Shown here piece by piece: positions 48,886 to 51,157 of a DNA stretch of 51,157 bases (position 1 is its first letter; every line of letters begins with the position of its first letter). The translations under genes were made by a program, and so were the position numbers. Origin of the DNA: Octopus bimaculoides (Eukaryota); NCBI RefSeq assembly GCF_001194135.2, contig NC_068981.1:189309199-189360355 (forward strand), read 5' to 3'. Below the pieces are notes generated by a model. That model was given only the letters and a program-made list of their open reading frames with translations. It ran no database searches and was not told the DNA's origin.

Positions 48886-49614
48886 AAGATAATTAAAGAT
48901 ACTAATTATTACCACAACACTACTAGTAATTATGAGTGTAACACTTATTTTAGTAGGTTAGCACTTAAATTAAAGAACAGGTGATAGCTTCAAAGTGTTT
49001 ACTTAAAGACACCCCAGAAAACGATTTATTCATATTATTGTATTTTTATTTGGTCTCATTTCAGCTGAAATTTATCAAAACGAAGATAAACCTTCTAATC
49101 AGAATAGACATTTTAGATATTGAAACAATTTTCAGCTTGAAATTAAGGATGGAAAGATAATTGCGCTAGCAAGAAAGCTAAACATGTTGCCAAAGTCTTG
49201 CATGAAAAGGAATCCTCAAGAGTTTTGGTCAATTTAAATATATGCATGTATTCCAGTGTGAGCTTATCTTTGTATGCAAGTGTGTGTGTAAATCAACCTG
49301 CGTCGAATATTAAAGTATATTTTGCACAGATATTGATTAATAATGAGTGTTTGCATGTGAAGGTGTGTGGTCTAAAGGCTATGACATTGGTTTCATTAGC
49401 ATAAAGGCATGATTTCAATTTCCAGACCAGGCAGTGCATTGTGTCTTTGTGCAAGCCACTTTGATTTTGGTTGTTCTGATATACTCAAATGTAAAAGAGT
49501 ACCAGCCTAGTGCTGACACATCCCCTTTTCTACCCAAATATTCCACTTGCTCAAAGAATGTGAGGGATGAGAGGGTGTCCATGTCTATTTGCATCACATA
49601 GGCACCTAAACAAT

Positions 49615-49900
49615 TAGTAAAAGCATGCTGATGCCACATAAAAAGTACTGGTGATGGTGCCACGTAAAAGACACTGGTGATGGTGCCATGTAAAAAGTAC
49701 TGGTGACAGTGCACTGGAGCTGGTGCCACATAAAAAGCACCCAGCACACTCTGTAAAATGATTGGTGTTAGGAAGGGCACCCAGTCATAGAAACCAAGCC
49801 AAAACAGACAATGGAACTTGGTGTGACTCCTGTCTTTGCCAGCTCTGGTCAAACCATCCAACCCATAACAGTATGGAAAACAGACATTAAATGATGATGA
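49615..49900 (+). mobile_element. SINE family C with an internal tandem array
   Basis: About 4 units of GGTGCCAYRTAAAAAG(T/C)ACTGGTGAT, then GGTGTTAGGAAGGGCACCCAG...CATTAAATGATGATG. Confidence 0.8.
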
Positions 49901-50392
49901 TAATGATGATGATAATGATGCTGCTGCTGCTGCTGATGATGATGATGCATGACACCATGTAATGCTTGCTAGCAAGAGATGACTACGGATGATGTGCTTG
50001 TTATTGGCATGCGTCCGAATGAGTGTGTGTGAGAATACATGTTAACTAATACATGTAATTTATATAATTCTGTCTGCATATATCTTCCTGAAGTTCTCTT
50101 TATCCAACTCTAAAACCTTTTTAAAATTCCAGTCTTTGAATAATTAGGGATGCATAAATCAATTTCTTTTGGGATTTACATCTTTAATAAACAATATTCC
50201 TGATTTGTTTATATTTTAGCTGAACCATTCAGAGTTGGTGTTATGATGTTTTCTTTTTACATGACTTAGTAGTGTATACAGTAAACTCAATATCATCGTT
50301 GTCGTCGTCATCATCATCAACATCATCATCACCACCACCACCACCACCACTGCCGCCGCTGTCGCTGCCACCGCTGCTGGCAAAGGATGTGT

Positions 50393-50681
50393 GTATTTGC
50401 ATTGGGAAATCTTTCGCATCGAAGGTCCGCGATTGTCGTATGCTGAGGACGGGTAAATACCCAGAAACTCGAGTCCATACGTATCGCAGATCAAGATGGG
50501 AAGGATGACTTCCCTTTGCAAATACAGACAGGACACAGATGTGTGTCAATAGCCAGCTGGAGATGTTCTCCTGGGGCTAAAAGCAACAGTAACATCCACC
50601 CTTACGGGTCAGCCACATTTAAGTGGCAAATATACTTCACCTTGTCGTGCAGTTACTGTTAATACCTTGTTCAGAGATTTA
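50393..50681. mobile_element. Second, more truncated copy of the 34770 fold-back element
   Basis: ATGACTTCCCTTTGCAAATA...GTGTCAATAGCCAGCTGGAG...GGTCAGCCACAT..AGTGGCAAATATACTTCA...TCAGAGATTTA; loop is the reverse complement of the copy 1 loop. Confidence 0.8.
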
Positions 50682-50697
50682 ACATTGCTTATATATA

Positions 50698-51114
50698 TAC
50701 TCTTTTTACTCTTTTACTTGTTTCAGTCGTTTGACTGCGGGCATGCTAGAGCACCGCCTTTAGTGGAGCAAATTGACCCAGGACTTATTCTTTGTAAGCC
50801 CAGTACTTATTCTATCGGTCTCTTTTGCCAAACTGCTAAGTTACGGGGACGCAAACACACCACCATCAGTTGTCAAGCGGTGTTGGGGGTCAAACTCAGA
50901 CACACAAACATATGCACACACATACATACATATATAATATATATACATATATACGACGGGCTTCTTTGAGTCTCCATCTACCAAATCCACCCACAAGGCT
51001 TTGGTTGGCCCAAGGCTATAGTAGAAGACACTTGCCCAAGGTGCCACATAGTGGGAATCAATCCAGAACCATGTGGCTGGTAAGCAAGTTTCTTACCACA
51101 CAGCCACTCCTGTG

Positions 51115-51116
<2 letters not shown>
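50698..51116 (-). mobile_element. Full-length SINE family A between (TA)n tracts
   Basis: Collinear with the other full copies; (TA)n on both sides. Confidence 0.9.

Positions 51117-51157
<41 letters not shown>

Overview
AT-rich, repeat-dense eukaryotic scaffold with 10 N-gaps, most of them next to (TA)n or other low-complexity tracts. The SINE families and the microsatellite load look like an octopus or other coleoid cephalopod genome; this is inference from recalled repeat sequences, not a database match. No long ORF in the supplied track is a real host gene. Reading splice signals by eye gives a phase-consistent + strand gene 3' end (exons 2014-2042, 2346-2492, 4058-4125, 10997-11062) encoding a C-terminus I do not recognise. 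The rest is mostly mobile DNA: several tRNA-derived or LINE-tailed SINE families (informally A, B, C, E), a short dispersed motif (D), and decayed CR1/L2, RTE and R4/Dong-type LINEs. There is also a Neptune-like Penelope element with a hammerhead-ribozyme relic, a non-autonomous Helitron, hAT and mariner remnants, and several fold-back elements carrying TTAGGG repeats. Most notable: the terminal exon sits between two inverted telomere-repeat fold-back elements; a hairpin element has a 14-bp flanking duplication; R4/Dong fragments sit in (TAA)n; two hammerhead relics are present; and CpG content appears to drop after about 14-15 kb. Boundaries of degraded repeats are approximate (tens of bp).
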